A stretch of DNA of 32,000 nucleotides from Methanococcus maripaludis. GTDB taxonomy: Archaea > AGJL01 > Methanococci > Methanococcales > Methanococcaceae. The position numbers and the translations under genes are program-made. The notes under the pieces were generated by a model. The model ran no database searches. It saw only the letters and a program-made list of their open reading frames with translations, and had not been told where the DNA came from. Below, in pieces: positions 1-10,059 of this stretch (its first letter is position 1; the number at the start of each line of letters is the position of its first letter). The stretch is taken from NCBI RefSeq assembly GCF_002945325.1, contig NZ_CP026606.1, positions 1,230,001 to 1,262,000 of the forward strand, written 5' to 3'.

Positions 1-758
1 TTAAAACCCATTGAAATTAAAACTTCGTTTACTTCCTGAATCATTTTTGACATCGGGTGTGCTTTTGCAGGGTAAACATCTTCTGTAGGAATTTTTGCAT
101 CATATGGCCTTATAAAGTAGTCTTTCCATTTTCCACTTACAATCATTTCCCTTGTAAGCTGGGTAATTTCTTCTTTTATTTCTATTGGATTTTTAATAAA
201 TTCAGTTCCTGCATCCTTAATTTCAAAACTTCTATCAACTACTTCTTTTAAGTTTAAAAAACCTCTTTTTTTCAGGTTTTCAACTATTTTAACTTCGTCT
301 TTTGAATATATTGATAAATCAGGGTTGATTGAAACTTTTTTTAATATTTCTTCTTCAATATCTTCGTAGTCTAAATTTTTAAATACAATATTTCCTTTAT
401 CTATCTCGACCAATCCTTTTTTCTTTAAATTACCAAGTGCGGCTCCTGTTTCGTCCTTTTCTAAAATTTTTGAGAGTTCTTTTATCGGGATTGATTCCAA
501 ATTATTTTCTTTGATATAATTTGCAACTTTTCTCTCGGGAATTCCAAAATCAATGGAATTTTTACCAAGTTTAGTTAATTCACAAAGTTTTGTTTTATTT
601 TCAATAATTTCAAGAAAATCTCGCCCTGAAAGCCAAAATGCTGCTCTCATTACTTTTTCTTTTTCAATATATTTTGAAAGTTCTTCTAAATTCATCGTTT
701 TTTTATTAGATTCCTGAAATGCCTTTAATAATCTTTTTTCGTCGTTATGAAGTTCCAT
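1..758 (-). CDS. pheS: Phenylalanine--tRNA ligase alpha subunit, N-terminal portion (the gene continues beyond position 1)
   Basis: Absent from the ORF track because it is open to the window edge. My reverse-strand translation from ATG 758-756 reads [20 protein letters not shown]...[19 protein letters not shown]...[27 protein letters not shown]. It shows N-terminal winged-helix-like modules followed by the YPxKxHP...MGF entry into the class II core, as in archaeal PheRS alpha. An SD (aaGGTGAaaata) lies directly upstream of the ATG. Confidence 0.8.
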   Translation of the reverse strand, partial: MELHNDEKRLLKAFQESNKKTMNLEELSKYIEKEKVMRAAFWLSGRDFLEIIENKTKLCELTKLGKNSIDFGIPERKVANYIKENNLESIPIKELSKILEKDETGAALGNLKKKGLVEIDKGNIVFKNLDYEDIEEEILKKVSINPDLSIYSKDEVKIVENLKKRGFLNLKEVVDRSFEIKDAGTEFIKNPIEIKEEITQLTREMIVSGKWKDYFIRPYDAKIPTEDVYPAKAHPMSKMIQEVNEVLISMGF

Positions 759-837
759 TATTTTCACCTTTATGAACATATAACAATATAAACACCAATT
801 ATTTAATATATCCTATAATTTAGTTTTTGGTGGTTTC

Positions 838-1836
838 ATGAATAGGGGCGCTCAAATTTACAGAAACACTAGTAGTTCCATAGATAAAAATATTGTCGAT
901 AAAATTTACAGTGAAGGCTACTCAATAGCCCAATACGGACTTTATACGAGGCGAGAAAAGGGTTACAAGACTTTTAAAGTTGCAGTTGATGCAGGATTCT
1001 CATGCCCTAATAAAGATGGGACAATTGATACAGAAGGTTGCATTTTCTGTCCAAAAATGGGAAGGCCGATAAGTGTTGAATACTGCAATGTTAAATATTC
1101 CTTAAAAGAGCAGATTGAACATCAAATACAGAGGAATAAAGAAAAGGGAATTGAAAAATTTTACGTTTATTTTTATCCTGGAACAAATACTCATGCATCA
1201 CCAGAATATTTAAAAGAATTGTGGGATTTTGCACTTTCTTTTGATGATGTTATAGGAATTTCAATTGGAACAAGGCCCGACTGCCTTGAAGATGAAAAAC
1301 TTGATATTTTAGAAAATTATGTGAAAGAAGGCTATGAAATCTGGATCGATCTAGGAATCCAGACAATGCACGATAAAACTCTTGATTTTCTAAATAGGAA
1401 GCATTCTTCAGACGATGTAAGAAGAGTTCTTAGGGAATGTAAACAAAGAGGGATTTTGGTATGTGGTCACATAATTTTAGGACTTCCTGATGAAAGCTGG
1501 GATATGATGATGGAAACTGCAAAAATTTTGTCTGATTTAGAAATTGACGCATTAAAGATTTACCCGCTTGTTGTTGTTGAAAATACAAAACTTGAAGAGA
1601 TATACTGGAAAGGAGAATACAAATCTTTAGACGAAAAACAGTACATTCATCTTGTTGCTGATTTTTTAGAACACTTATCTCCGTATGTAATCATTCAAAG
1701 AGTTTCAAAGGACAAAGTGCCAGAAGAAATAAAAATTTCACCAGAATGGTCTTTAAAAAGGCTCAGAATTTTAAATGAAGTTTCAAAATTATTGGATAAA
1801 CGAAAAACAAAACAGGGCTCAAAATATGAAAAATAA
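838..1836 (+). CDS. Radical SAM protein, TIGR01212-like (YhcC-type) family
   Basis: 332-aa ORF. The FSCPNKDGTIDTEGCIFCP cluster motif (CPNxDG...GCxFC) and the downstream TIM-barrel-like elements (GTRPDC, GIQTMHDKTL) are typical of this radical SAM subfamily. SD tGGTGGtttc precedes the ATG. Confidence 0.75.
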   Translation: MNRGAQIYRNTSSSIDKNIVDKIYSEGYSIAQYGLYTRREKGYKTFKVAVDAGFSCPNKDGTIDTEGCIFCPKMGRPISVEYCNVKYSLKEQIEHQIQRNKEKGIEKFYVYFYPGTNTHASPEYLKELWDFALSFDDVIGISIGTRPDCLEDEKLDILENYVKEGYEIWIDLGIQTMHDKTLDFLNRKHSSDDVRRVLRECKQRGILVCGHIILGLPDESWDMMMETAKILSDLEIDALKIYPLVVVENTKLEEIYWKGEYKSLDEKQYIHLVADFLEHLSPYVIIQRVSKDKVPEEIKISPEWSLKRLRILNEVSKLLDKRKTKQGSKYEK

Positions 1837-1849
1837 AAATTAATCTAAA

Positions 1850-2452
1850 TTAAAATAGAGGAAGTGTTTTTCTAATATCTTTTTCAATTTTTGACATTTC
1901 TTTTGCATAAATTTCTGCAATTTCTTCCATAATTTCAAAAGTATTTTCAATTCCCATATCTTTTAACCCAACTGCAGAAACGTGGGAAGGAACACCATCA
2001 CTTTTTACGTTTATTCCGAGGTGGATTTTTCCAGAACTAATTCCCCGGCATGCGATGCAGACAGATAATTTTTTATCATTAAAATAAAGGTCGTCTCCTG
2101 ACTTTTTTAATTTTAAGTTGCTTTGATTTTCAATTACTTCTTTTGCGGTTGAAACTAAAATTCTTTGTCTCAAATAAGTCATTTTTAAATCCGGATTATC
2201 AAAATGTTCGACGATAAAATTAATCGCTTCTGAGGATTGAATTGGAATTTCAACGTCTTTTTCTTCTTTAACATCTTTTAAATCTTTCATATTTTCTATT
2301 TTAACGTTCATTGGACCTATAAATCCAACAATACTATCTTTTTGAACGTCAAACGTGTTAAATGCCCATAATGGTTCGATTTCTTTTCCAGTATATGATT
2401 TAAATTCTTCTAAAATAACTGCAGAAATTGTATCAAAATCGATTTTTTTCAT
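1850..2452 (-). CDS. Conserved archaeal protein of unknown function (possibly the DUF366 family)
   Basis: The track ORF is 1850..2464. The likely true start is ATG at 2452 (MKKIDFDTIS...), preceded by ttGGTGAaattt. The track start is a TTG immediately 5' of, and partly overlapping, the SD. I recognise no catalytic motif, and the family assignment is from memory only. Confidence 0.6.
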   Translation of the reverse strand: MKKIDFDTISAVILEEFKSYTGKEIEPLWAFNTFDVQKDSIVGFIGPMNVKIENMKDLKDVKEEKDVEIPIQSSEAINFIVEHFDNPDLKMTYLRQRILVSTAKEVIENQSNLKLKKSGDDLYFNDKKLSVCIACRGISSGKIHLGINVKSDGVPSHVSAVGLKDMGIENTFEIMEEIAEIYAKEMSKIEKDIRKTLPLF

Positions 2453-2488
2453 AAATTTCACCAAAATTTCTTTCTTTTTAAATTATAC

Positions 2489-2549
2489 AAAAGAAAGGAA
2501 AATAAAATAATATTCACTTCAAAAGGAGTTCCAAGAACCGTTAGGTTCT
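2489..2549 (-). terminator. Hairpin plus oligo-T tract downstream of the S-layer-like gene
   Basis: AGAACC-gtta-GGTTCT (2534-2549) begins 5 nt after the stop at 2554-2556. On the transcribed strand it is followed by T-rich runs (ttattttattttcctttctttt, 2489-2510), which fits archaeal oligo-T termination. Confidence 0.45.
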
Positions 2550-2553
2550 GAGA

Positions 2554-3894
2554 TTAGATAGCACTTACGCTATCGTCACCAGTTAATTTTACAACTAAAT
2601 TGCCAGATCCTGAATAAAGGCCCTGATTAAGTGCTAAAACACAGGCTTTTGTTCCATCCCTGTCTGATCCTGCGAGAACTAATATTTTACTGTTGCCATT
2701 GTTTGGATTGGTAATTGTTTGAATTACTCCTTTTCCTTCTCCAGGGTAGTCATTTGTAACTTCAACACTTAAACTATTTTGAATGCTTTCTGTAACTTTG
2801 TTTGAAACAGGTCCGCCGATCAAAATTAAGTCTGATGAAGCACTCAAAAGTTCGTCCTGATCAACTAATTGAACTGAACCTTGGTAATCCACGATTTTGT
2901 CATATTTTTTATTGTTTTTATAAAGATATAGTTCATCGTCCCAGTCGTTTTCTTCATCATTGTCTAATTTAACTGCAAATATGTTATTTCCGAAGTATTT
3001 TGTACCTTCATCCATATCATATTCGTAGCTCTCAGTCTGAGTTACTGTGAAAAATACAGTTAAATCTTCACTGCTTACGTCTGTAAGTTCTACGTTATAA
3101 TTTAATAGTTCAAAGTTTTTGGATAAACTTTTAGGACTGTCGTAATCTAAAGTTATTTTTTTACCATCGATTTCTACATCAAATTCTCCGTTATCTTCGA
3201 AAGATTCGCCATCTTCAAGTTCAAGGGAGTCAGAGAGTTCAAAGAAAAAGTATGGTGTATCTCCACTTGTCAAATATTCATCATAATACAAAGAAAGGCT
3301 TGAACCGGATATCATGCAGCTGTCATCAGGGTACATTTTTAAGTTGTCAACCCTATCGTTTCCTTTGTAGACGCTAACCATTATTTCGCCATCTGAATTA
3401 CTGGCTACTACTTTGATGGTATAGCCTTCATAGTTAAATTCATCAGAGGTTTCAAAATCTTCGATAGTGTTTCCAAGAACTATTTTTCCAGATTCGTATT
3501 CAAGTACTCTATAGGTTTTTCCCATAAAGGTTACTTCGTCCCCTTCATCGTCAGATTCAATTTCTTCTTCATATTCAAAGTTTTTGTAAGTAACTGTTTC
3601 ACCAGATTTTGTAAATTCCACTAACAAGTTACCCTTACCGTCATTAATTTCAAATTCATCGATTGCAGGAACGTTATAAATAATATTTTCATTAACAACA
3701 ATTTCGTTATCAGAATTTACTTCAATGGTCCTTTTCGTGTAATATTTATCCATTAAAAGTTCTGCGTAGCTTTTATCAACTTTTTCGCTATTTACTACAA
3801 TTAATGGGTCATCTACAACCATACCATAAGATATGGGTAGTGTGCAGAGTACAGTTAAAATAAATAGTGCTATTAATTTACTGGGGGCACTCAT
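2554..3894 (-). CDS. Secreted, very acidic S-layer-like protein (Methanococcales S-layer paralog type)
   Basis: 446-aa ORF with an N-terminal signal-like hydrophobic segment (MSAPSKLIALFILTVLCTLPISYG). The body is rich in D, E, Y and beta-strand-type sequence. The C-terminal block LILIGGPVSNKVT...ILVLAGSDRDGTKACVLAL resembles the conserved C-terminal module of Methanococcales S-layer proteins. Confidence 0.6.
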   Translation of the reverse strand: MSAPSKLIALFILTVLCTLPISYGMVVDDPLIVVNSEKVDKSYAELLMDKYYTKRTIEVNSDNEIVVNENIIYNVPAIDEFEINDGKGNLLVEFTKSGETVTYKNFEYEEEIESDDEGDEVTFMGKTYRVLEYESGKIVLGNTIEDFETSDEFNYEGYTIKVVASNSDGEIMVSVYKGNDRVDNLKMYPDDSCMISGSSLSLYYDEYLTSGDTPYFFFELSDSLELEDGESFEDNGEFDVEIDGKKITLDYDSPKSLSKNFELLNYNVELTDVSSEDLTVFFTVTQTESYEYDMDEGTKYFGNNIFAVKLDNDEENDWDDELYLYKNNKKYDKIVDYQGSVQLVDQDELLSASSDLILIGGPVSNKVTESIQNSLSVEVTNDYPGEGKGVIQTITNPNNGNSKILVLAGSDRDGTKACVLALNQGLYSGSGNLVVKLTGDDSVSAI

Positions 3895-3999
3895 TCAATC
3901 ACCATGTAATTTTTGAGAAAAGATATATTTACTACCTTAATATAATATTCAAATAGCATTTATAGTTTACTTTTTTGTTTGGTTTATAAGGTGATATTT

Positions 4000-4557
4000 T
4001 TGGTAACAACGGAAGAAATCAGTTTAAAAAATGAATTGATAAGATTATTGAAAGAAGTAAATTGCGTAAAGTTTGGTGACTTTACATTGGCCTCTGGAAA
4101 GCAGAGTAAATATTACGTAGATATTAAAAAGGCTACTACCAACCCTAAAGTTTTAAAAGCAGCTGCAAAACTTGTAAATTATTATGTTTCAAAAGAAAAC
4201 AATGAAAATTTAAAAATTGCAGGAGTAGAACTCGGTTCAGTATCAATTGCAACAGCAGTATCTTTAGAAACTGAAAAAGACCTTTTAATAATTAGAAAAA
4301 AGGCAAAAGAATACGGAACTAAAAATAAAATTGAAGGGGAATTAAATCCCGGCGATAATGTAATTGTAATGGAAGACGTTACAACAACCGGTGGAAGCGT
4401 TTCAAAAGCAGTAGATGAGATAAGGGCAGTTTCTGGAAACGTTAACAAAATTTACGTGATTGTGGACAGACAAGAAGGTGCAAAAGAGAATTTGGCCGAA
4501 AATAACGTTGAATTAATCCCTCTCGTTACAATCGAAGAGCTTGGACTCAATAAATAA
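4000..4557 (+). CDS. pyrE: Orotate phosphoribosyltransferase
   Basis: PRPP-binding motif VIVMEDVTTTGGS, and an N-terminal FGDFTLASGKQSKYYVD motif typical of PyrE. The frame is open from 3979 with no in-frame ATG near the 5' end. TTG at 4000 lies 5 nt after aAGGTGA (3988-3994). GTG 3991 and TTG 3979 are alternatives. Confidence 0.85.
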   Translation: MVTTEEISLKNELIRLLKEVNCVKFGDFTLASGKQSKYYVDIKKATTNPKVLKAAAKLVNYYVSKENNENLKIAGVELGSVSIATAVSLETEKDLLIIRKKAKEYGTKNKIEGELNPGDNVIVMEDVTTTGGSVSKAVDEIRAVSGNVNKIYVIVDRQEGAKENLAENNVELIPLVTIEELGLNK

Positions 4558-4602
4558 TTTTTAATTAATTATTAACTAATTTTAAATTTCAGGTAGATTT
4601 TC

Positions 4603-5871
4603 ATGATTTTAGTAAAAGATGCAATTATAACCGGAAAAAAGCAGGATCTGCTTGTAGATGGAAATATTATTAAAAAAATTGGAAATATTTCAATTTCAGA
4701 AGTTTCAAAAGACGAAACAGAAATAATTGACGGAAAAAACTGTGTTTTAATTCCTGGATTAATAAATACACACACTCACGTTCCAATGTCTCTTTTTAGG
4801 GGGGTTGCAGATGATATCCCATTAATGGAATGGTTAAGCGGGCACATCTGGCCAATGGAATCAAAATTAAATGAAAAAATAGTTTACGCAGGAACTCTTC
4901 TTGGAACAATTGAGATGATTAAAAGTGGAACTACTGCATTTAATGACATGTATTTTTTCCTTGATTCGATAATTAAAGCAGTTGATGAAACAGGAATTCG
5001 ATCAAGAATTGCATACGGAATGATTGATTTATTTGACGAAGAAAAACGAGAAAAAGAATTAAAAACTGCGAAAGAGTCTCTTGAAATGATTAAAAACTTG
5101 AATAATTCAAGAATTAATGGAGCTTTGGGGCCTCATGCACCATATACATGTTCAAAAGAGATTCTCGAAAGTACAAATGCCCTTGCAAGAGAATTCAATG
5201 TTCCAATTCATATTCACATGAATGAAACACTGGATGAAATAAATCAGGTCGTAGAAAAAACAGGAATGCGACCTTTTGAATACTTAAATTCTTTTGGATT
5301 TTTCGATAATGTAAACACAATCTGTGCGCACTGCGTTCATTTGAGTGATTCAGAAATTCAAATAATGAAAGAAAAAAATATATTTGCAGCCCACAATCCA
5401 GTAAGTAATTTAAAGTTAGCATCAGGAGTTTCTCCAGTTTTAAAATTGCTTGAAAACAATGTTCCCGTAACTCTTGGAACTGACGGCTGTGGAAGTAACA
5501 ACAATATGAATTTGTTTGAAGAAATAAAAGCAGCAGCTTTGATACACAAAGGTGTAAATTTAAACCCGGTCGCAGTAACTGCAAAAGAAGCATTTGATTT
5601 TGCAACGTTAAACGGTGCAAAAGCACTCAATATTAATTCAGGAGAAATAAAAGAAGGAAAACTTGCAGATTTCGTACTCATCAACATGAAAAAGCCGTAT
5701 TTAACTCCTAAAGAAAATATCGAATCGCATTTAGTTTATTCATTTAACGGTGCAGTCGACAAAGTTGTAATTGATGGTAAACTGGTGTTAAATGATGGAA
5801 AAATGGTTAATATTGATGAAGAAAAAGTTTATGAAATTGCAGAAGAAGCATACTTTGAATTAGCCAACTAA
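4603..5871 (+). CDS. mtaD: Amidohydrolase-family nucleoside deaminase (5-methylthioadenosine/S-adenosylhomocysteine/5'-deoxyadenosine deaminase, MtaD/DadD type)
   Basis: 422 aa. Metal-binding INTHTHVPMSLFRG, HMNE, AHCVH and LGTDG motifs match the MtaD/DadD (MJ1541-like) subgroup of amidohydrolases. Confidence 0.8.
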   Translation: MILVKDAIITGKKQDLLVDGNIIKKIGNISISEVSKDETEIIDGKNCVLIPGLINTHTHVPMSLFRGVADDIPLMEWLSGHIWPMESKLNEKIVYAGTLLGTIEMIKSGTTAFNDMYFFLDSIIKAVDETGIRSRIAYGMIDLFDEEKREKELKTAKESLEMIKNLNNSRINGALGPHAPYTCSKEILESTNALAREFNVPIHIHMNETLDEINQVVEKTGMRPFEYLNSFGFFDNVNTICAHCVHLSDSEIQIMKEKNIFAAHNPVSNLKLASGVSPVLKLLENNVPVTLGTDGCGSNNNMNLFEEIKAAALIHKGVNLNPVAVTAKEAFDFATLNGAKALNINSGEIKEGKLADFVLINMKKPYLTPKENIESHLVYSFNGAVDKVVIDGKLVLNDGKMVNIDEEKVYEIAEEAYFELAN

Positions 5872-5873
5872 TT

Positions 5874-6695
<822 letters not shown>

Positions 6696-6732
6696 TTATA
6701 ATAATTAATAGTTATGTACTATTGGTGAAAAA

Positions 6733-8433
6733 ATGGACATGTTGGAAATGGCTTTAAATATTGCCAAAGACATCGAAAAAAGTGTTAAACCTTTAATTGG
6801 ATGGGAAAAATCTAACGAAGTCGTCAAAATCGGAGCAGACGGTACTCCGACAAAAAGAATCGATTTGATCGCGGAAAACGTTGCTATAAACTCGATAGAA
6901 AAGGTTTGTTCAGCAATTTTAATAAGTGAAGAGATAGGATTTAAGAAAATAGGTAAGAATAAGCCCGAATACGTTATAGTCCTCGATCCAGTCGATGGAA
7001 CTTACAATTCATTAAAAGACATTCCTTTTTATTCTGCAGCAGTTGCAATCGGCAGAATTGATAAATTTACAGATAATCTCGAAGAACTGATAAATAACCT
7101 TAAAATGAAAGACCTTGAGGTAGGGGTTGTTCGAAATATTGCGACAGGGGATACTTATTATGCTGAAAAAGGAAAAGGCGCTCATTTTTTAAGAAAAGGC
7201 GAAAAAAAATCAATTTCAATTTCAAATTCGTCAAATTTAAAAGATTCTTCGATAGGACTTTTTGCACACGATATCTCAATAGATACTCTTAAATTTATAA
7301 AAGATAGGCGATTCAGAAGAATCAGGCTTTTTGGATCGATTGCTCTTGAAATGTGTTATGTTGCAAAAGGTGCACTCGATGCATTTATCAACGTAAATGA
7401 AACCACCCGGCTTTGTGATATTGCCGCAGGATATGTCATAATCAAAGAAGCTGGCGGAATTGTAACTGATAAAAACGGTCAAGAAGTAAATCTAGATCTC
7501 GATGTCAATTCAAAGGTCTCAGTTATATGTTCAAATGAAATGCTTCACAAAAAGCTTGTTGGAATATTTGGAAACCGCTGGAGAATTAAGCCGACCAACT
7601 TTGGAATAATTTCAAGAATTGATAATGAAGAATCGATAGAAGTTGCAGATAATGTAATAAAATATTTAGATTCAAAAGGGATTAAATACGAACTCGATAG
7701 CAGTACTTACGATGCATTAAAAAACCGCTTAACTAAAAAATGTGATATTATCTCAAATATTGAGGAAATATCCCACATGATATCTATCGGTGGGGATGGA
7801 ACAGTACTTAGAGCATCAAAAATGATTGAAGGAAATGAAATACCAATGATCTGCATAAATATGGGAACTGTTGGATTTTTGACCGAATTTAACAAAGATG
7901 AAATATTTTCTGCAATCGATTCTATAATTTGTGGAAACTATAAAGTCGAGAAAAGAACAAAACTTATGGGATTTGCAAAGCTTTCTGACGGAAAACAGCA
8001 TATATTAAGCGATTCTTTAAATGAAGTTGTGATTACGACTAAAAATCCTGCAAAAATGATGCATTTTGAAGTATATATCGATGGAAGTCTTGTAGAAGAT
8101 GTTAGGGCTGATGGAATAATTGTTTCAACTCCAAATGGATCTACAGCATATTCTTTAAGTTCTGGCGGTCCGATAATTGAGCCAACTGTCGAAGGATTTG
8201 TAATTGTTCCAATATGTCCGTTTAAACTTTCATCTCGGCCATTGGTGGTCAATGCAAATTCAGAAATAAAAATAAAACTTCTGAAAAAATCTACGTATGT
8301 TGTAATTGATGGGAATACTGAATTTGAAGCAAAAAAAGGTGACGAGATAATTTTAAGAAAGTCTGAATCAAATGCGTACTTTGTAAAAGGAGATAATTTT
8401 TACAACAAGCTGAAAAAATTAAGTTTAATGTAA
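6733..8433 (+). CDS. nadK: Bifunctional NADP phosphatase / NAD kinase (IMPase-family N-domain fused to NAD kinase)
   Basis: 566 aa. The N-terminal half carries inositol-monophosphatase-family motifs (LDPVDGT, WDIAAG-like CDIAAGYVI). The C-terminal half carries NAD kinase motifs (GGDGT, NEVVI, STPNGSTAYSLSSGGPI). This matches the fusion characterised for M. jannaschii MJ0917. SD is GGTGAaaaa. Confidence 0.85.
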   Translation: MDMLEMALNIAKDIEKSVKPLIGWEKSNEVVKIGADGTPTKRIDLIAENVAINSIEKVCSAILISEEIGFKKIGKNKPEYVIVLDPVDGTYNSLKDIPFYSAAVAIGRIDKFTDNLEELINNLKMKDLEVGVVRNIATGDTYYAEKGKGAHFLRKGEKKSISISNSSNLKDSSIGLFAHDISIDTLKFIKDRRFRRIRLFGSIALEMCYVAKGALDAFINVNETTRLCDIAAGYVIIKEAGGIVTDKNGQEVNLDLDVNSKVSVICSNEMLHKKLVGIFGNRWRIKPTNFGIISRIDNEESIEVADNVIKYLDSKGIKYELDSSTYDALKNRLTKKCDIISNIEEISHMISIGGDGTVLRASKMIEGNEIPMICINMGTVGFLTEFNKDEIFSAIDSIICGNYKVEKRTKLMGFAKLSDGKQHILSDSLNEVVITTKNPAKMMHFEVYIDGSLVEDVRADGIIVSTPNGSTAYSLSSGGPIIEPTVEGFVIVPICPFKLSSRPLVVNANSEIKIKLLKKSTYVVIDGNTEFEAKKGDEIILRKSESNAYFVKGDNFYNKLKKLSLM

Positions 8434-8464
8434 AATAAATTTTTAAGTTCTTTTTTAATTTTCT

Positions 8465-8623
8465 TTATTTTTTTCTAAAAACAAGATTTTTTAAGAAGTA
8501 TTTCATTTTAAATGCTAAAATTATGAGAATTAATAATGCAATTATCAGGTAAATTAAATCTAATGTAATATCGAGTAAATCCCGAAATAATGCATTTATT
8601 AAATTATTTGCTAGTTCATCCAT
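8465..8623 (-). CDS. Possible 52-aa small membrane protein (below the ORF-track size cutoff)
   Basis: My translation: MDELANNLINALFRDLLDITLDLIYLIIALLILIILAFKMKYFLKNLVFRKK*. It has an acidic N-terminal segment, one hydrophobic helix and a basic tail. The ATG lies 12 nt after the tldD stop and is preceded by cGTGAaaat, a partial SD. An AT-rich genome can produce such ORFs by chance. Confidence 0.4.
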   Translation of the reverse strand: MDELANNLINALFRDLLDITLDLIYLIIALLILIILAFKMKYFLKNLVFRKK

Positions 8624-8635
8624 ATTTTCACGAAT

Positions 8636-10012
8636 TTATGAAAGTGTAGTTTTTGTTCTAACACTTCCTCCACCATCTCCTACTGGAACACTCTGACCTC
8701 CTTTTCCACAGTATCCAACACTTAATTCAAATTCGTCAGATACTGCATCGATGTGATGTAAAATATCTAAAATTTCACCGCTGAGTCCTGCATCTCTTAG
8801 TGGTTTTGTTAATTTTCCATCTTCAATTAAAAATGCTTCAACAGCGTTAAATTGGAACAGCCCTTTTCCAGTATCCACCTGTCCACCCCTTGAACCTTTT
8901 AAAAATATACCTGTTTTTGTATCTTCTAAAAGTTCGTCAAATTTCCATGAACCCGGTTTAATGTATGTATTACTCATTCTAACGATTGGTTTATTTAACC
9001 CTTCTGCTCTTGCATTTCCTGTAACGTCCATGTTAAGTCTTCCAGCAGTTTCTCTTGAATGTAAATATCCATTTAAAACTCCATTTTCAATCAATGTAGT
9101 TTTTTCTCCCTTAACTCCTTCATGGTCGTATTTGTACTGTCCAAACGATTTTTCGATTGTTGCGTCATCAATTACGGTTACTTCTTCGCTACCAACTGAA
9201 TTTCCTAGTTTATCGTGAAATACGCTGTCATTTTGTAAAACAAGGTCTGCTTCAGCAGCGTGCCCTACAGCTTCGTGAATGAATACTCCTGCAAGTTCTG
9301 GGTCTAATATTACATCAAAAGTTCCCTTTGGACAGCTTTCTGCGGTTAAAAGTCTTACAGCTCTTTCTTTGGTATTTTTAGCCATCTCTTCAATTTTTGC
9401 ATTTTTAATTACTTCAAATCCGTTTCCACCGATTCTATCAAATGCAAACTGCAATGTTCCATCTTTTGCAATTGCAGTCATTCTTAAAAGTGCTTTAACA
9501 CTTTCATTTTCAATTCTGGTTCCTTCACTGGTCATCAAAATGGAATGGCCTTCTCCATCACTGTAGCTAACAGAAGTGCTGACTATTTTTTCCCCAGACA
9601 TGTTTCCATGTGCTGATTTTAAATATTCTTTTTTTTCTTCGATTGAAATGTTTTCAGGATGAATTTTTACATCTGCTTTTATATTGTCCTGAATTACGGG
9701 GATTTCTTTCAATTCAATCGATTTTTTTGTATGTATATTGGATATTTTTGCCATATCATGCGCTTTTTTAATTATTTCTGCAATGTTTTTCAGGGAAACG
9801 TTATTTGAAGTAGCAAGTCCCCATCCGTTTTTTTCAAGTACTCTAACAATTACTCCTGAAGAAATACCTGAAGAAATTTCGTCTATTATTCCATCTTTTT
9901 GTATGATATTGTTTGATTCACCAGTAACAATTCTTAAATCTGCATAAGTTCCAATTTCAAGTAATTTTTCAAGTTTTTCAATGTTTAAATCAAGATCGTT
10001 CAAAAAACTCAC
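8636..10012 (-). CDS. tldD: TldD-type metalloprotease (TldD/PmbA family)
   Basis: 458 aa. HEAVGHAAE (HExxxH) zinc motif and the glycine-rich C-terminus GYCGKGGQSVPVGDGG typical of the TldD/PmbA fold. GTG start at 10012 with GGTGAaatc upstream, and no in-frame ATG nearby. Confidence 0.8.
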   Translation of the reverse strand: MSFLNDLDLNIEKLEKLLEIGTYADLRIVTGESNNIIQKDGIIDEISSGISSGVIVRVLEKNGWGLATSNNVSLKNIAEIIKKAHDMAKISNIHTKKSIELKEIPVIQDNIKADVKIHPENISIEEKKEYLKSAHGNMSGEKIVSTSVSYSDGEGHSILMTSEGTRIENESVKALLRMTAIAKDGTLQFAFDRIGGNGFEVIKNAKIEEMAKNTKERAVRLLTAESCPKGTFDVILDPELAGVFIHEAVGHAAEADLVLQNDSVFHDKLGNSVGSEEVTVIDDATIEKSFGQYKYDHEGVKGEKTTLIENGVLNGYLHSRETAGRLNMDVTGNARAEGLNKPIVRMSNTYIKPGSWKFDELLEDTKTGIFLKGSRGGQVDTGKGLFQFNAVEAFLIEDGKLTKPLRDAGLSGEILDILHHIDAVSDEFELSVGYCGKGGQSVPVGDGGGSVRTKTTLS

Positions 10013-10059
10013 GATTTCACCAAGTTAATAATTAATAAGATAATTCATTTTCTTTTTAA

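Noticed and set aside
57-251. A 64-aa plus-strand ORF at the window start
   Set aside because: It is antisense to the pheS reading frame, which translates into a recognisable PheRS alpha N-terminus through this region.
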